From a virus, in IMG/VR virus record IMGVR_UViG_3300032308_002246, positions 32,001-96,000 of that record: 64,000 bases of DNA; one strand, 5' to 3'. Below, in pieces: positions 9,615-18,216 of this stretch. Positions within the stretch are counted from its first letter, which is position 1. The number at the start of each line of letters is the position of its first letter. The notes beneath the pieces are model-generated. The model made no database searches and had not been told where the DNA came from. It saw only the letters and a list, made by a program, of their open reading frames with translations. The translations under genes were made by a program, and so were the position numbers.

Positions 9615-10400
9615 ATGTTGAATGTCAATAAAAAAATTGTTTTTACATTAATAATCTCGCTTATCACACTTCCGGTTGCCAGCTCCGTAAAAGCAGATGG
9701 GTGCACAAATTACACAGAAGCGCCATCTTCTAATTCTGCAACAACTCTTACAATCATCGACACCGATGTTGGAACAGAGGCTTACCAACGCCTTCTTGCG
9801 TATTCTTCAGGAGGACATAAGGCGCTTGGCATGGCAATAGCAAGCGAGTATGACTACTTCGGTTTGTGTCAATATGTTGGAGTTGGGATTATGGATGGAA
9901 GTGGGGGGAACGGTTTTAGGCCAAACTACACTCTGGCCATTTGGCATGGCGAAGTTGACTTGCAAATCGCCCGAACTGCAATTTATGCATTAATTGGTGC
10001 AAGTCCAGACCCAGTTGTAACAAACGGTGACTGCAATATTTCATGTGACGGCACAAATGGAAGGCAGTTTGACGGAACGGTAATCAATGAACCTACAACG
10101 ACGACTACAACCACTCCGCAAGTGGTAATCGAGCAGCCAGAAACCCAACCTTTGACATCAAATGAAATTCATTTTGATTCATCTGAAAACCCTATAAACA
10201 TTAACGAAACCAACAACATTGAAGCAGTGATTGCAGACACAATCCAGAGTTCACTTGTCGTCCAAGATTTGCCAGTAACTGTTCCCTCTATTGTCTTGGC
10301 GGATTCTTTTATTTCTTCAAAACAAACTACTGGCACAAAAAATAACTCTGTGCATGGGAAGAAAAAATCAAAGAAGCGAATTGCAAAACGCCTCCGATAG
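9615..10400 (+). CDS. Putative secreted protein with Thr/Pro linker and basic tail
   Basis: Signal peptide ending SVKA-D, PTTTTTTTP linker, KKKSKKRIAKRLR C-terminus; GGAGG RBS. Confidence 0.65.
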   Translation: MLNVNKKIVFTLIISLITLPVASSVKADGCTNYTEAPSSNSATTLTIIDTDVGTEAYQRLLAYSSGGHKALGMAIASEYDYFGLCQYVGVGIMDGSGGNGFRPNYTLAIWHGEVDLQIARTAIYALIGASPDPVVTNGDCNISCDGTNGRQFDGTVINEPTTTTTTTPQVVIEQPETQPLTSNEIHFDSSENPININETNNIEAVIADTIQSSLVVQDLPVTVPSIVLADSFISSKQTTGTKNNSVHGKKKSKKRIAKRLR

Positions 10401-10470
10401 AGATAATGATTTTTTGCAAAAATCAACTGTAAAATCCATGAATTGATATATTTTTTAAGAAATCAAGTTA

Positions 10471-10493
10471 AAACCCTTTGTCAGTAAGGGTTT
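10471..10493. repeat. Inverted repeat AAACCCTT-N7-AAGGGTTT
   Basis: Perfect 8-bp arms in the intergenic region; terminator or operator role not determined. Confidence 0.55.
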
Positions 10494-10517
10494 AATTTCC
10501 TCAAAACTACAGGAAAA

Positions 10518-10547
10518 TTGTGCAAAAGTAATCAAAAAGGCTATAAT
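10518..10547 (+). promoter_or_regulatory. Promoter for the structured leader and transglycosylase
   Basis: TTGTGC (10518-10523), 18 nt, TATAAT (10542-10547). Confidence 0.55.
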
Positions 10548-10550
10548 TGA

Positions 10551-10626
10551 TGTATGGATACACGAAGGGTTTTCTCAAACTGAGCTAGGTCCCCTTAAGG
10601 GTTGAATCTGCTCGCTGTCCTATACA
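10551..10626 (+). ncRNA. Candidate structured 5' leader RNA (unassigned family)
   Basis: Closing stem TGTATGGATA/TGTCCTATACA encloses GAGC-AGGT-CCCTTAAGGG-ATCT-GCTC nested stems; it lies between the -10 box and the AAGGAG RBS. Confidence 0.45.
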
Positions 10627-10645
10627 CCTAAACAAGGAGTGCAAC

Positions 10646-11227
10646 TTGAACATCAAAACTGGTATTTACGCTATTTTTTTTATGGTTATCGCCCAGGTAG
10701 GGGTCTCGGTGGTAAATGCAATGGAGGCAAAAGCCCCAGCTGCAAGCATCAGCCGTGAATCTGCAGCGCTGATTCAGTACGAAAAGAGTAACGAAATCAG
10801 CAGTTTTGATGCAATCAAGTTCACTCATGGCGATGTTTCATGGCTTGACGAAATGGCGCTAAGCGTAGGCTGGCCAGCAAAGCAGATACCAAAGCTCAAG
10901 AAAATCGTCCTTCGCGAGTCTGGTGGATGCCCAAACCGCATCGGCAGCTCCATTGTTGATAAGAATTGCAATATCACCGGGTATACCAAAGCAACAAATA
11001 AGTCCGATTCAGGCCTCCTGCAAATCAACGGAGTCAACTGGGACCCAAGCCGAAACAAGAACGCTGTTGCGTGCGTCCAATTTGGATTCTGCACTCAAGA
11101 GGACCTGCTTGACCCTGTGAACAACCTAAAGGTTGGACGAGAGCTATTTAGGCTTGCTGGATGGGACCCATGGGACCCATGCGCATGGGGTCCAGAATAC
11201 GCTCACAGGTGCAAAAAGGGCAAGTAG
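10646..11227 (+). CDS. Lytic transglycosylase / lysozyme-like protein with N-terminal signal or TM segment
   Basis: Catalytic RESGG, DSGLLQIN, LLDPVNNL and GWDPW motifs; AAGGAG RBS before TTG. Confidence 0.8.
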   Translation: MNIKTGIYAIFFMVIAQVGVSVVNAMEAKAPAASISRESAALIQYEKSNEISSFDAIKFTHGDVSWLDEMALSVGWPAKQIPKLKKIVLRESGGCPNRIGSSIVDKNCNITGYTKATNKSDSGLLQINGVNWDPSRNKNAVACVQFGFCTQEDLLDPVNNLKVGRELFRLAGWDPWDPCAWGPEYAHRCKKGK

Positions 11228-11263
11228 CGACCAGCCCTAGTTGTATTGGGTTATTATTCATTT

Positions 11264-11461
11264 GTGGCAAATAACAATTCAAAATCAGCAGGCAGAACAA
11301 GAATTAACCCAATAACCAAAGAAGTCGAAACCGTTGCTGGTACAAAAGCCGGCAAAAAAAGGCTTAGGCTTCCAGTGGGTCATCCGCAGAGAACGCATGA
11401 CCTATATGGTCCAGTCGGAAAGAAAAAAAAGAAGAGTATTCTTTCAGATGATGAAGATTAA
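11264..11461 (+). CDS. Small basic hypothetical protein
   Basis: GTG at 11264 lies 6 nt after TATTAT (leaderless pattern); Lys/Arg-rich with an acidic tail. Confidence 0.5.
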   Translation: MANNNSKSAGRTRINPITKEVETVAGTKAGKKRLRLPVGHPQRTHDLYGPVGKKKKKSILSDDED

Positions 11462-11916
11462 TTTTCTTCTATAATTTTAAACAAGGAGTCTCTGTCAAGA
11501 AAGATTGAGCCTCCACTTATGTTCGGCCCTTCATCGGACTCTTCAATGTAAATCGTAATGTCGTCTGGGGAAACCTTTAGCTTCTTTGCAATATAGACAG
11601 TCATTCTTGAGACTTCATCCTGTAGGGAAGATAGTGCAATTTCAGATTCATTTTCTTGAATCTCTATATCCTCATAACCTTCGTATCCAACGCCGGTTCT
11701 AACAAACTCGGCTGACATTTTTGTAAACGTTGATGCCTTGACGCACATCGAGCACGCTATTTTGTCGGTTTTTGCCGGTCTCTTACGCGGCTCCATGTGC
11801 CCGCATGAGAGCTTATGGAAATAAACCACATCCCCCCATTGACCCTTTCTAATTATGTCAACTACTGTATTTTGCGGGGCGGTTTTTTTATTTATTTCCA
11901 TAAAAATCCATTGCAT
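11458..11916 (-). CDS. Hypothetical protein with possible Zn-binding motif
   Basis: LSCGH...CSMC; start codon uncertain. Confidence 0.55.
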   Translation of the reverse strand: MQWIFMEINKKTAPQNTVVDIIRKGQWGDVVYFHKLSCGHMEPRKRPAKTDKIACSMCVKASTFTKMSAEFVRTGVGYEGYEDIEIQENESEIALSSLQDEVSRMTVYIAKKLKVSPDDITIYIEESDEGPNISGGSIFLDRDSLFKIIEEN

Positions 11917-11939
11917 TATTCATGGGTAAAGGGTACTAT
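11911..11939 (+). promoter_or_regulatory. SigA/sigma70-type promoter for a leaderless transcript
   Basis: TTGCAT (11911-11916), 17 nt, TACTAT (11934-11939); ATG at 11946 is 6 nt downstream. Confidence 0.6.
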
Positions 11940-11945
11940 GAATTT

Positions 11946-12356
11946 ATGCAAACATTTTTACCATATGCAAGTTTTAGCGATTCGGCATCAGTACTGGATT
12001 ACAGGAGGCTCGGCAAGCAACGTGTTGAGACGCTTCAAATCTTAAAAAGTTTACTTGACCCAGATTATGGGTGGAAAAGTCACCCGGCTGTAAAAATGTG
12101 GGTAGGTTTTGAGCCGGCATTGTCAGCTTATGGGGTTGAAGTGTGCAAAGCATGGCTGGCTAGGGGCTATAAAGACACATGTTTAGACAAAATCGTTTCA
12201 CTTGTAAAGCCGAGTACCGAAAATCTTCCGCCATGGATTGGGGATGAGCGTCTGCATGAAAGCCACAAATCAAACCTTCTTCGCAAGATGCCAGAATTTT
12301 ACTCTCCATTTTTTAGCGAGGTGAGTCCAGATATTCCTTACTTTTGGCCTAGTTGA
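11946..12356 (+). CDS. MSMEG_6728-family / pyrimidine-dimer DNA glycosylase (endonuclease V)-like protein
   Basis: MQTFLPY...LDYRRLGKQRVE...HPAVKMW...SHKSNLLRK...PYFWP signature. Confidence 0.85.
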   Translation: MQTFLPYASFSDSASVLDYRRLGKQRVETLQILKSLLDPDYGWKSHPAVKMWVGFEPALSAYGVEVCKAWLARGYKDTCLDKIVSLVKPSTENLPPWIGDERLHESHKSNLLRKMPEFYSPFFSEVSPDIPYFWPS

Positions 12357-12391
12357 TTTTCGTCAAATCAATATGCGCTAGTATCTATTTG

Positions 12392-13489
12392 ATGTCTGAA
12401 GAATCCAAAAAACTAACGGCAGCTTTTTTGACTACAGACTGGTCTTTTGGTCTGAAACCAATTCAGCCAAATGGTTGCGCCTATTATCGATGCAAGCTAC
12501 CGATGGACGAATTGCAAAAAGAATACAACTGGGTTTGTGGGTTGGGTCTACCAGGTCTAAATCAGACAAAAGGTATTGGCATGCTGGTTGAAGGTGATAA
12601 GGCAATCCATGGATGGGATTTGATAATCCTTAAACTGATTATGCATAAAACTTTTTCTGACTTTATGCCTGTGGCTAAACAGTTGGGTCAAAAGGTAATA
12701 GTTGACATAGACGACTGGTTTGATGGCCTAGAAAAAACAAACAGAGCATTTGAGACAACTGACCCTAAAAAAAATCCTGAAGTAAATAGAGAGCACTATG
12801 CAAACATAATAAAACAAGCTGATGCCCTTATTGTATCTACTCCATTCTTGCTGGATTACTATAAAAAATTCCACAAAAATGTTTTTCTTGTTAGAAACGG
12901 AATAGATTTAGATAGATGGGAAAAAAGAAAAGTTAAAAAAACCTGGAATCCAACAATCGGTTGGGTTGGAGCTACGCCGTGGAGGTCAAGCGACTTAGAA
13001 GTTTTGGGTCCTAAATTTGGTAAATACATCCAAAAAAATAAGTTAATGTTTCATCATTCTGGTTACACGGCAAATGCTCCACTTGCACATGAACTTGCTG
13101 GGGTGAGTCTTACAAATTCAACAGTTTCCCACATGGTCCCAATAAGCGATTATCCTAAGCTTTTCAAACATATTGATATTGGAATTGTCCCTTTGAACAA
13201 TGTTAAGTTCAATGATGCAAAGTCATATATAAAAGGCCTTGAGTATGCAGCTGCTGGGGTGCCCTTTATTGCTTCCCCATCACCCGAGTATCTTGAGCTT
13301 GCAAAAGCAGGGATAGGCAGAATTGCACATAACTGGGATGACTGGGAGTACCACTTTGATGAACTCCGGGACCCACAAAAAAGAGCTGATGATGCTGAAG
13401 TGAACCTGGAAAATCTCAAGAATTTTACGGTTAAAGCTAGGGGTTCCGAATGGAACTCAACATTGAGGTACATAATGGAGAATATATGA
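12392..13489 (+). CDS. GT-B glycosyltransferase (GT4-like)
   Basis: GCAYYRCKLP, VDIDD, IGWVG, DIGIVPL...FN.AKS.IK.LEYAAAGVPFIAS; ATG at 12392 is 7 nt after TAGTAT. Confidence 0.85.
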   Translation: MSEESKKLTAAFLTTDWSFGLKPIQPNGCAYYRCKLPMDELQKEYNWVCGLGLPGLNQTKGIGMLVEGDKAIHGWDLIILKLIMHKTFSDFMPVAKQLGQKVIVDIDDWFDGLEKTNRAFETTDPKKNPEVNREHYANIIKQADALIVSTPFLLDYYKKFHKNVFLVRNGIDLDRWEKRKVKKTWNPTIGWVGATPWRSSDLEVLGPKFGKYIQKNKLMFHHSGYTANAPLAHELAGVSLTNSTVSHMVPISDYPKLFKHIDIGIVPLNNVKFNDAKSYIKGLEYAAAGVPFIASPSPEYLELAKAGIGRIAHNWDDWEYHFDELRDPQKRADDAEVNLENLKNFTVKARGSEWNSTLRYIMENI

Positions 13490-14271
13490 TTCCGGACCTA
13501 GACCAACAATACGAACTGCTTTCGATTCCAGCACCTTTGCCGAGCCCGGCAGACTGGAATGACGATGGATTTGTAGTTAAGAAAAAACTATTGCCAGAAG
13601 AGCTAATGGTCAACTACGAAAGCTGTTGGATTGAGAATAACTCGGAGCGACCAGGCGGTTGGCCCGACTGCACTCCTTACCGTCGGCATCCAGAAGTTAT
13701 GGAGATACTCACATGCCGTGAAATAAACGACACTATGTTTGACCTAATTGGAGAGCCTGCAGGATTGCATCTAAACCTAACTGGCTGGAGAACAACAACC
13801 AGAAACTGGCACCAAGACACATACTTAAATCCACCGCATGTTGGTGATTATTATGTTGCTGTCTGGATTGCTCTAGAAACAATTCACCCAGACTCGGGCC
13901 CGTTTCAGCTCATTCCAGGCTCCCACAGATGGAGAACTGTAACCCAGGAGAAAATCCTAGATGCTCTTACACCTGCAGAACGAGACCACAGGTGGCCGAC
14001 TTATAGCGAAAGACTACTTACACCAATATTTGAGCATCAAATTGAAAAACGCAAACCGGAAATAGTTACATACCTGCCTGAGCGAGGCGACGTTCTTTTC
14101 TGGCACGGCAGACTGCTCCATAGGGGTTCTCTTGCAAATAATCCAGACATGCCAAGGAAGGCTTTAATTGCTCATTATTCAGGGATAAGGCACAGAGAGG
14201 ATATGCCACCAGCACAGCGACATAAGCTTGGTTGGTACTTTCCAGTAGATGGAGGAAACACAGGACAATGA
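13486..14271 (+). CDS. Phytanoyl-CoA dioxygenase (PhyH)-family 2OG-Fe(II) oxygenase
   Basis: WHQD, VAVWIALE, GPFQLIPGSH, GDVLFWHGRLLHRG; ATGA coupling to the GT stop. Confidence 0.85.
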   Translation: MIPDLDQQYELLSIPAPLPSPADWNDDGFVVKKKLLPEELMVNYESCWIENNSERPGGWPDCTPYRRHPEVMEILTCREINDTMFDLIGEPAGLHLNLTGWRTTTRNWHQDTYLNPPHVGDYYVAVWIALETIHPDSGPFQLIPGSHRWRTVTQEKILDALTPAERDHRWPTYSERLLTPIFEHQIEKRKPEIVTYLPERGDVLFWHGRLLHRGSLANNPDMPRKALIAHYSGIRHREDMPPAQRHKLGWYFPVDGGNTGQ

Positions 14272-14837
14272 GTAATATTGACGAACCATACCCAACTAAT
14301 GGTGGAGTGGAAAAAAACTTTCGGAATGAACTTGATAAGTTAAATGCTCCAAGAGTTTTGGAGCTTGGAACACTTCAATGGAAACCTGGAGTCTCAACAC
14401 ATCATGGAGAGTGGCTACCTAATGGAGCAACTCACATAAAGTCCGACATTGAAGCAGGTGGAGATGTCGATGTTGTGGCAGATGCGCACGACCTAGCTGC
14501 ATTTAAAGACAATGAATTTGATGTCTTTATAGCAATTAGTGTTTGGGAGCATTTACGTCATCCGTGGATTGCGGCAGAGCAAGCAGCTCGCATTTTAAAG
14601 CCGGGTGGCTTGCTTTATGTAGCAACACATCATACATTCCCAGTTCACGGATATCCATCGGATTACTGCAGATGGACAGACAAAGGGTTAGAGGGTTTAT
14701 TTGATGCTCCAACTTGGCGGAACCAGGTTAGCGCGCTATCTTATCCATGCAAAATAATCCCTAATGACAAAATCACCAACTGGAATACAGCTGCTCATGC
14801 GTTTTTGAATGTTGATATTTTTGCTGTAAAAAATTAA
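14268..14837 (+). CDS. Class I SAM-dependent methyltransferase (type 11-like)
   Basis: VLELG, DVVADAH, FD...SVWEHL..PW, ARILKPGG, HGYP.DY.R; ATGA coupling. Confidence 0.8.
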   Translation: MSNIDEPYPTNGGVEKNFRNELDKLNAPRVLELGTLQWKPGVSTHHGEWLPNGATHIKSDIEAGGDVDVVADAHDLAAFKDNEFDVFIAISVWEHLRHPWIAAEQAARILKPGGLLYVATHHTFPVHGYPSDYCRWTDKGLEGLFDAPTWRNQVSALSYPCKIIPNDKITNWNTAAHAFLNVDIFAVKN

Positions 14838-14851
14838 CTTTTAAACTAGTT

Positions 14852-15127
14852 TTATTTTTTTATATCCTTGGTTTCTATTTCTGAAGCCAGTGTTCCGCCA
14901 AATATTTTTGAAATAGATGGGAGCCCCATGTCGGAGATTCGTTTTGAAACTGGTTTCACCAACTCCGTGAGGCTGTCAGTTGAGTTTGGAGTAATTGTAA
15001 CTGTATAGGGCTTGGCAAGATTCTGCTGGTTCATAACCGAGCGCATGTAATCAACTTCCGATTTCAAAGCTTCTATCTTTTGATTCAAATCGGCAATTGA
15101 ATCCTGTGTTTCTCTGTTGTTGTCCAT
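14852..15127 (-). CDS. Hypothetical protein with N-terminal coiled coil
   Basis: 91-aa ORF; TAGTAT lies 6 nt before the ATG. Confidence 0.55.
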   Translation of the reverse strand: MDNNRETQDSIADLNQKIEALKSEVDYMRSVMNQQNLAKPYTVTITPNSTDSLTELVKPVSKRISDMGLPSISKIFGGTLASEIETKDIKK

Positions 15128-15141
15128 TGCAAAATACTATC

Positions 15142-15543
15142 CTATTTTGCTTTGAACTCAGCCCAGGTTTTGTCTCCTACGCCAAAGTACTCACGAGCAT
15201 AGCCAGCCTGGATGATGTCTTTGTTTAGACACGCTGTAGATGGGTCATCAATTTTGTCCGAGCTGTATATTCGTGCAAGGATTCGACCATATTTGTCATT
15301 CTTGTCAGGAATTGTATTAACAAACACCCACTTATGATTTGTTAGCCAATCCTGAGTAAATGATTTTGCTTTTAGCCCTAATTCTTTTTCTGCTAGGTCT
15401 TTAGTTCTTGATTCAGGAGTGTTAACGCCGTAAAGCCTAACTCTCATCTTGTGGTGGATATCAAAACCAAGGTCAACCATCAGCTCTATGGTGTCGCCAT
15501 CTATTACTTTTAGAACTGTAGCCCCATACCAAAATCTCTCCAT
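15142..15543 (-). CDS. Thermonuclease (staphylococcal nuclease family)
   Basis: VIDGDTI, RVRLYGVNTPE and DKYGRILA motifs. Confidence 0.9.
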   Translation of the reverse strand: MERFWYGATVLKVIDGDTIELMVDLGFDIHHKMRVRLYGVNTPESRTKDLAEKELGLKAKSFTQDWLTNHKWVFVNTIPDKNDKYGRILARIYSSDKIDDPSTACLNKDIIQAGYAREYFGVGDKTWAEFKAK

Positions 15544-15926
15544 TATTTTTTAACCTTCTTAATCATCCCATCAACAATTCCGCTGACAACCCCGTCTGGT
15601 ATGACCGCAAATCTGCACTTACCGTTTGGTTCAACGTTTTGTTGAATGATTTTGCATGAGCCATTGCCTTCATATAGCACGCAGTTTGAACATTTTACGC
15701 CTATTTGGGCTACTTCGTTTTCTCGAGCTCCAACATATCCAGCCCATATGCCAGTTTCGTCTTCGTTAAACTTGCCATATTTTTGAGCAATTGTAATTAA
15801 CGAATTAGCTAATTCTGCTTCTTCCGCAGCCAACTTTGGTTTTACCTGCGTCTTGTCAACCTCAACAAGAATAGAGTTGTCCCCGTTCACAAGGCTTTGT
15901 ATTAGTTTTAAGATTGGATTGTCCAT
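15543..15926 (-). CDS. Hypothetical protein with a HiPIP-like four-Cys domain
   Basis: CSNCVLY...C.II...VEPNGKC spacing; ATG near 15926 (MDNP) preferred over GTG at 15944. Confidence 0.55.
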   Translation of the reverse strand: MDNPILKLIQSLVNGDNSILVEVDKTQVKPKLAAEEAELANSLITIAQKYGKFNEDETGIWAGYVGARENEVAQIGVKCSNCVLYEGNGSCKIIQQNVEPNGKCRFAVIPDGVVSGIVDGMIKKVKK

Positions 15927-15943
15927 GTTGCAATTATCCCACA

Positions 15944-16519
15944 CTATATTGCGTCTATTATTAGATGAACTCGGTCGCTATTACCCGTGTTTTCAACACC
16001 ATGATATCTGTTGACATTATCTATCAGCCAAATCTGCCCTGGCTTCAGGTTCATTAACTCATTTCCTACGCTAAAAATGCATCCTTCATTCGTCAAAACC
16101 GGAACGTGTATCCTGTGGGTTTTAGCTGTCAACGGGCCTTTATCCATATGTGTTGGTATAACAGTGCCGGCTTTTAGCTTCGCTAGCATTGCTTGTCGCG
16201 TATAGACCTCTCCAAGGTGCTTTGAAGCAGCCAAAACAATTTCTTCTATATACGCACTAAATACATCGTAGTTTTCATGGAGGATTTTAGAATTAAGACG
16301 ATGTTTTTTATCGTACATTAAGGGAATCGTATGGGTATTTTTTGAAGCTATTCCACCAGTTTTTTTACGTTCTGTATATCTAGTCCAGTCTTCTGTTGTC
16401 AGATTCAATACCTCATTAAGCAATCCTGCAAATGAAGGCATATCTCCAATAAAGAAGAACGCATTGTTTTCCTTCATACACAATCTCTCCATATATAGCA
16501 AAAACCCCGCCCACCCCAA
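15944..16519 (-). CDS. Aspartyl/asparaginyl beta-hydroxylase-family 2OG-Fe(II) oxygenase
   Basis: LKAG.VIPTHMD, RIHVPV.TN, IDN...HGVEN.G..DRVHLIID; true start is probably the downstream MKENN, since 16500-16519 overlaps the terminator. Confidence 0.8.
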   Translation of the reverse strand: MGWAGFLLYMERLCMKENNAFFFIGDMPSFAGLLNEVLNLTTEDWTRYTERKKTGGIASKNTHTIPLMYDKKHRLNSKILHENYDVFSAYIEEIVLAASKHLGEVYTRQAMLAKLKAGTVIPTHMDKGPLTAKTHRIHVPVLTNEGCIFSVGNELMNLKPGQIWLIDNVNRYHGVENTGNSDRVHLIIDAI

Positions 16520-16538
16520 AGGAGCGAGCGGGGTTTTT
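16500..16538 (-). terminator. Intrinsic terminator after the major capsid gene
   Basis: AAAACCCCGC...GCGGGGTTTTT inverted repeat ~12 nt after the MCP stop, with U-tracts on both strands. Confidence 0.8.
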
Positions 16539-16549
16539 ACCAGTGCTTA

Positions 16550-17872
16550 TTAGGCTTCTGGAGCTCCGTCGAAGGTTACCTTCACGAATGACTCTGGACG
16601 CTTGACAGCAAGGGCGAGTCTCTGCTCGGCCAAGATGACAACTGCGTTTCTTACGAAGAAGTCCGAGTGCTGTTCGCTGATGCGAATCGATGCCTGCTCA
16701 CGGTCATACAACTGTGCGCCTGTACCGAATGCTCCAACAAGTGCTGTGCCTTCTTCGATTGCTGGGCTCTCCACGACTGGGATTCTCCATACTCTTGGCT
16801 CACCGCCGAGAGCAACGGAAACAGCGACCAAGTACTGGCCGTTCTGGTCCTTTGTCGTTTCAATCTTTTCCCAGTCAAGTGGGTTAAGAACAACGCCAGT
16901 TGGCTCGTAGTAAGCCAAGAATGACAAGGTTGCAGCGCGACGAATCGCATCTGCCATCGTGTCTGGAACTGGACTCACAACGCCGTCTGACCAGTCGTAG
17001 GTTTGGATTCCAGATGTCTGAAGAACACCGGTAAGGTTTTCGCCAATACCGTCGCCGTTCAAAATCTGGTCATCTTCCTGCAAACGGAGGCCGTACATCA
17101 ATTCGTTGTCGATGATTGAGCGTAGTTGTGGCTCATCAGCGAGAACGTTTCTGTGTGCTGCTTCCCAGTGAGCAAGCGTGCGTACTGGAGCCTGTTGGCC
17201 AACGAATACGAAGCTTGACTGTGGCTTTGGACCAAAGTTGTTGCCTGAACGCTCTGCAACAGACGATGCACTGTTTGTACCGCCACCAGTTGACGTAAAG
17301 CCAAGGTGCTGGAAGTATTCAATGACAGCTGCTGAAGTTGTGCGGACTGGGAACAAGTCACGAACACGCTTGGTACGCATTGGAGGCGTAACAATTGCAT
17401 CGCGCTGAATGGTTCCGAACGAGCCAGGAGTGCCTGATGGCAATGCTGAGTAAACGTCCTTAACATTGAAGCCGGTAAGCGAAGCGTTCATCTGGAAAGG
17501 TGATGGCATGTTTGCGCCATTCTTTCCACCCTGAAGCGACTTAAACTCAGCTGAGTTAACGAATGCGTCTCCAACGCTCATACGGCGCTCTGACTGTTGT
17601 GCAGATGCGCCTGCTGCTGCAGCTGCTGCTACAGAGTCTGATGATTGCTGTGAGCCCCATTCCGAGACACCCTTCATTGACTCAAGGCCCTCAATGAGGC
17701 TCTTGATTTCGCGGATGTCGCCCATGTTCTTATCAAAGGCTGACTTCTGCTCTGCGGACACAACAACCGTACCGTTGTCAACTCTGAATGAGTCAGCAAT
17801 TGTCTTGTTGTCGGCCATTTTTTCTCTGAGAGCTCCTTGGAGTTCTCTTAAACGTGAATCGTCGAATGACAT
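16550..17872 (-). CDS. Major capsid protein, HK97 fold, with N-terminal delta/scaffold domain
   Basis: Coiled-coil N-terminus, VRTLAHW, D.PQL.S.I..EL.YGL...ED.QILNGDG.GENLTG, LNP.DW, F.RN...ILAE.RLALAV.RPESFV; AGGAG RBS. Confidence 0.95.
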   Translation of the reverse strand: MSFDDSRLRELQGALREKMADNKTIADSFRVDNGTVVVSAEQKSAFDKNMGDIREIKSLIEGLESMKGVSEWGSQQSSDSVAAAAAAGASAQQSERRMSVGDAFVNSAEFKSLQGGKNGANMPSPFQMNASLTGFNVKDVYSALPSGTPGSFGTIQRDAIVTPPMRTKRVRDLFPVRTTSAAVIEYFQHLGFTSTGGGTNSASSVAERSGNNFGPKPQSSFVFVGQQAPVRTLAHWEAAHRNVLADEPQLRSIIDNELMYGLRLQEDDQILNGDGIGENLTGVLQTSGIQTYDWSDGVVSPVPDTMADAIRRAATLSFLAYYEPTGVVLNPLDWEKIETTKDQNGQYLVAVSVALGGEPRVWRIPVVESPAIEEGTALVGAFGTGAQLYDREQASIRISEQHSDFFVRNAVVILAEQRLALAVKRPESFVKVTFDGAPEA

Positions 17873-17916
17873 TTTTTTCTCCTGTTTGGAAGTTTGGTTT
17901 TGAAATTGTTTGCGTC

Positions 17917-17944
17917 GACACTGCTCAGGTAAGCACCCAGCGTC
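17917..17944 (-). promoter_or_regulatory. Hairpin in the MCP 5' leader
   Basis: Minus strand GACGCTG-GGTGCTTACC-TGAG-CAGTGTC; an extended -10-like TGTTAAATT lies at 17961-17969. Confidence 0.45.
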
Positions 17945-18000
17945 TTATGCCTTAGTTACAAATTTAACACGCCAAAAAGTTATGTAGGGAATGTATATTA

Positions 18001-18207
18001 CTAAGAGGGTATGTCAATTATTGCGCCAATTTTCTTGGCTTCAGCAACGCTCAAATTAGCCATTTTCAGCATTTCTCTATTTTCTTCTGTGTCAGAAAGA
18101 CCGGCCTCTTCAAGAGAGTAACCGTTCATTGCGGCCATGAGTAAAGCCTCAATTGGGCTTATCCCTTGACGGGCCAAAGGGTTGCCGAAACTGTTCATTT
18201 CCGTCAT
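18001..18207 (-). CDS. Small hypothetical protein downstream of the zeta-like domain
   Basis: 68-aa ORF starting 9 nt after the giant gene's stop. Confidence 0.6.
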   Translation of the reverse strand: MTEMNSFGNPLARQGISPIEALLMAAMNGYSLEEAGLSDTEENREMLKMANLSVAEAKKIGAIIDIPS

Positions 18208-18216
18208 GGTTAAATC

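Noticed and set aside
10551-10626. Naming the leader a c-di-AMP (ydaO) or c-di-GMP riboswitch
   Set aside because: The conserved nucleotides of those families are not recognisable and it is short for ydaO; kept as an unassigned candidate.
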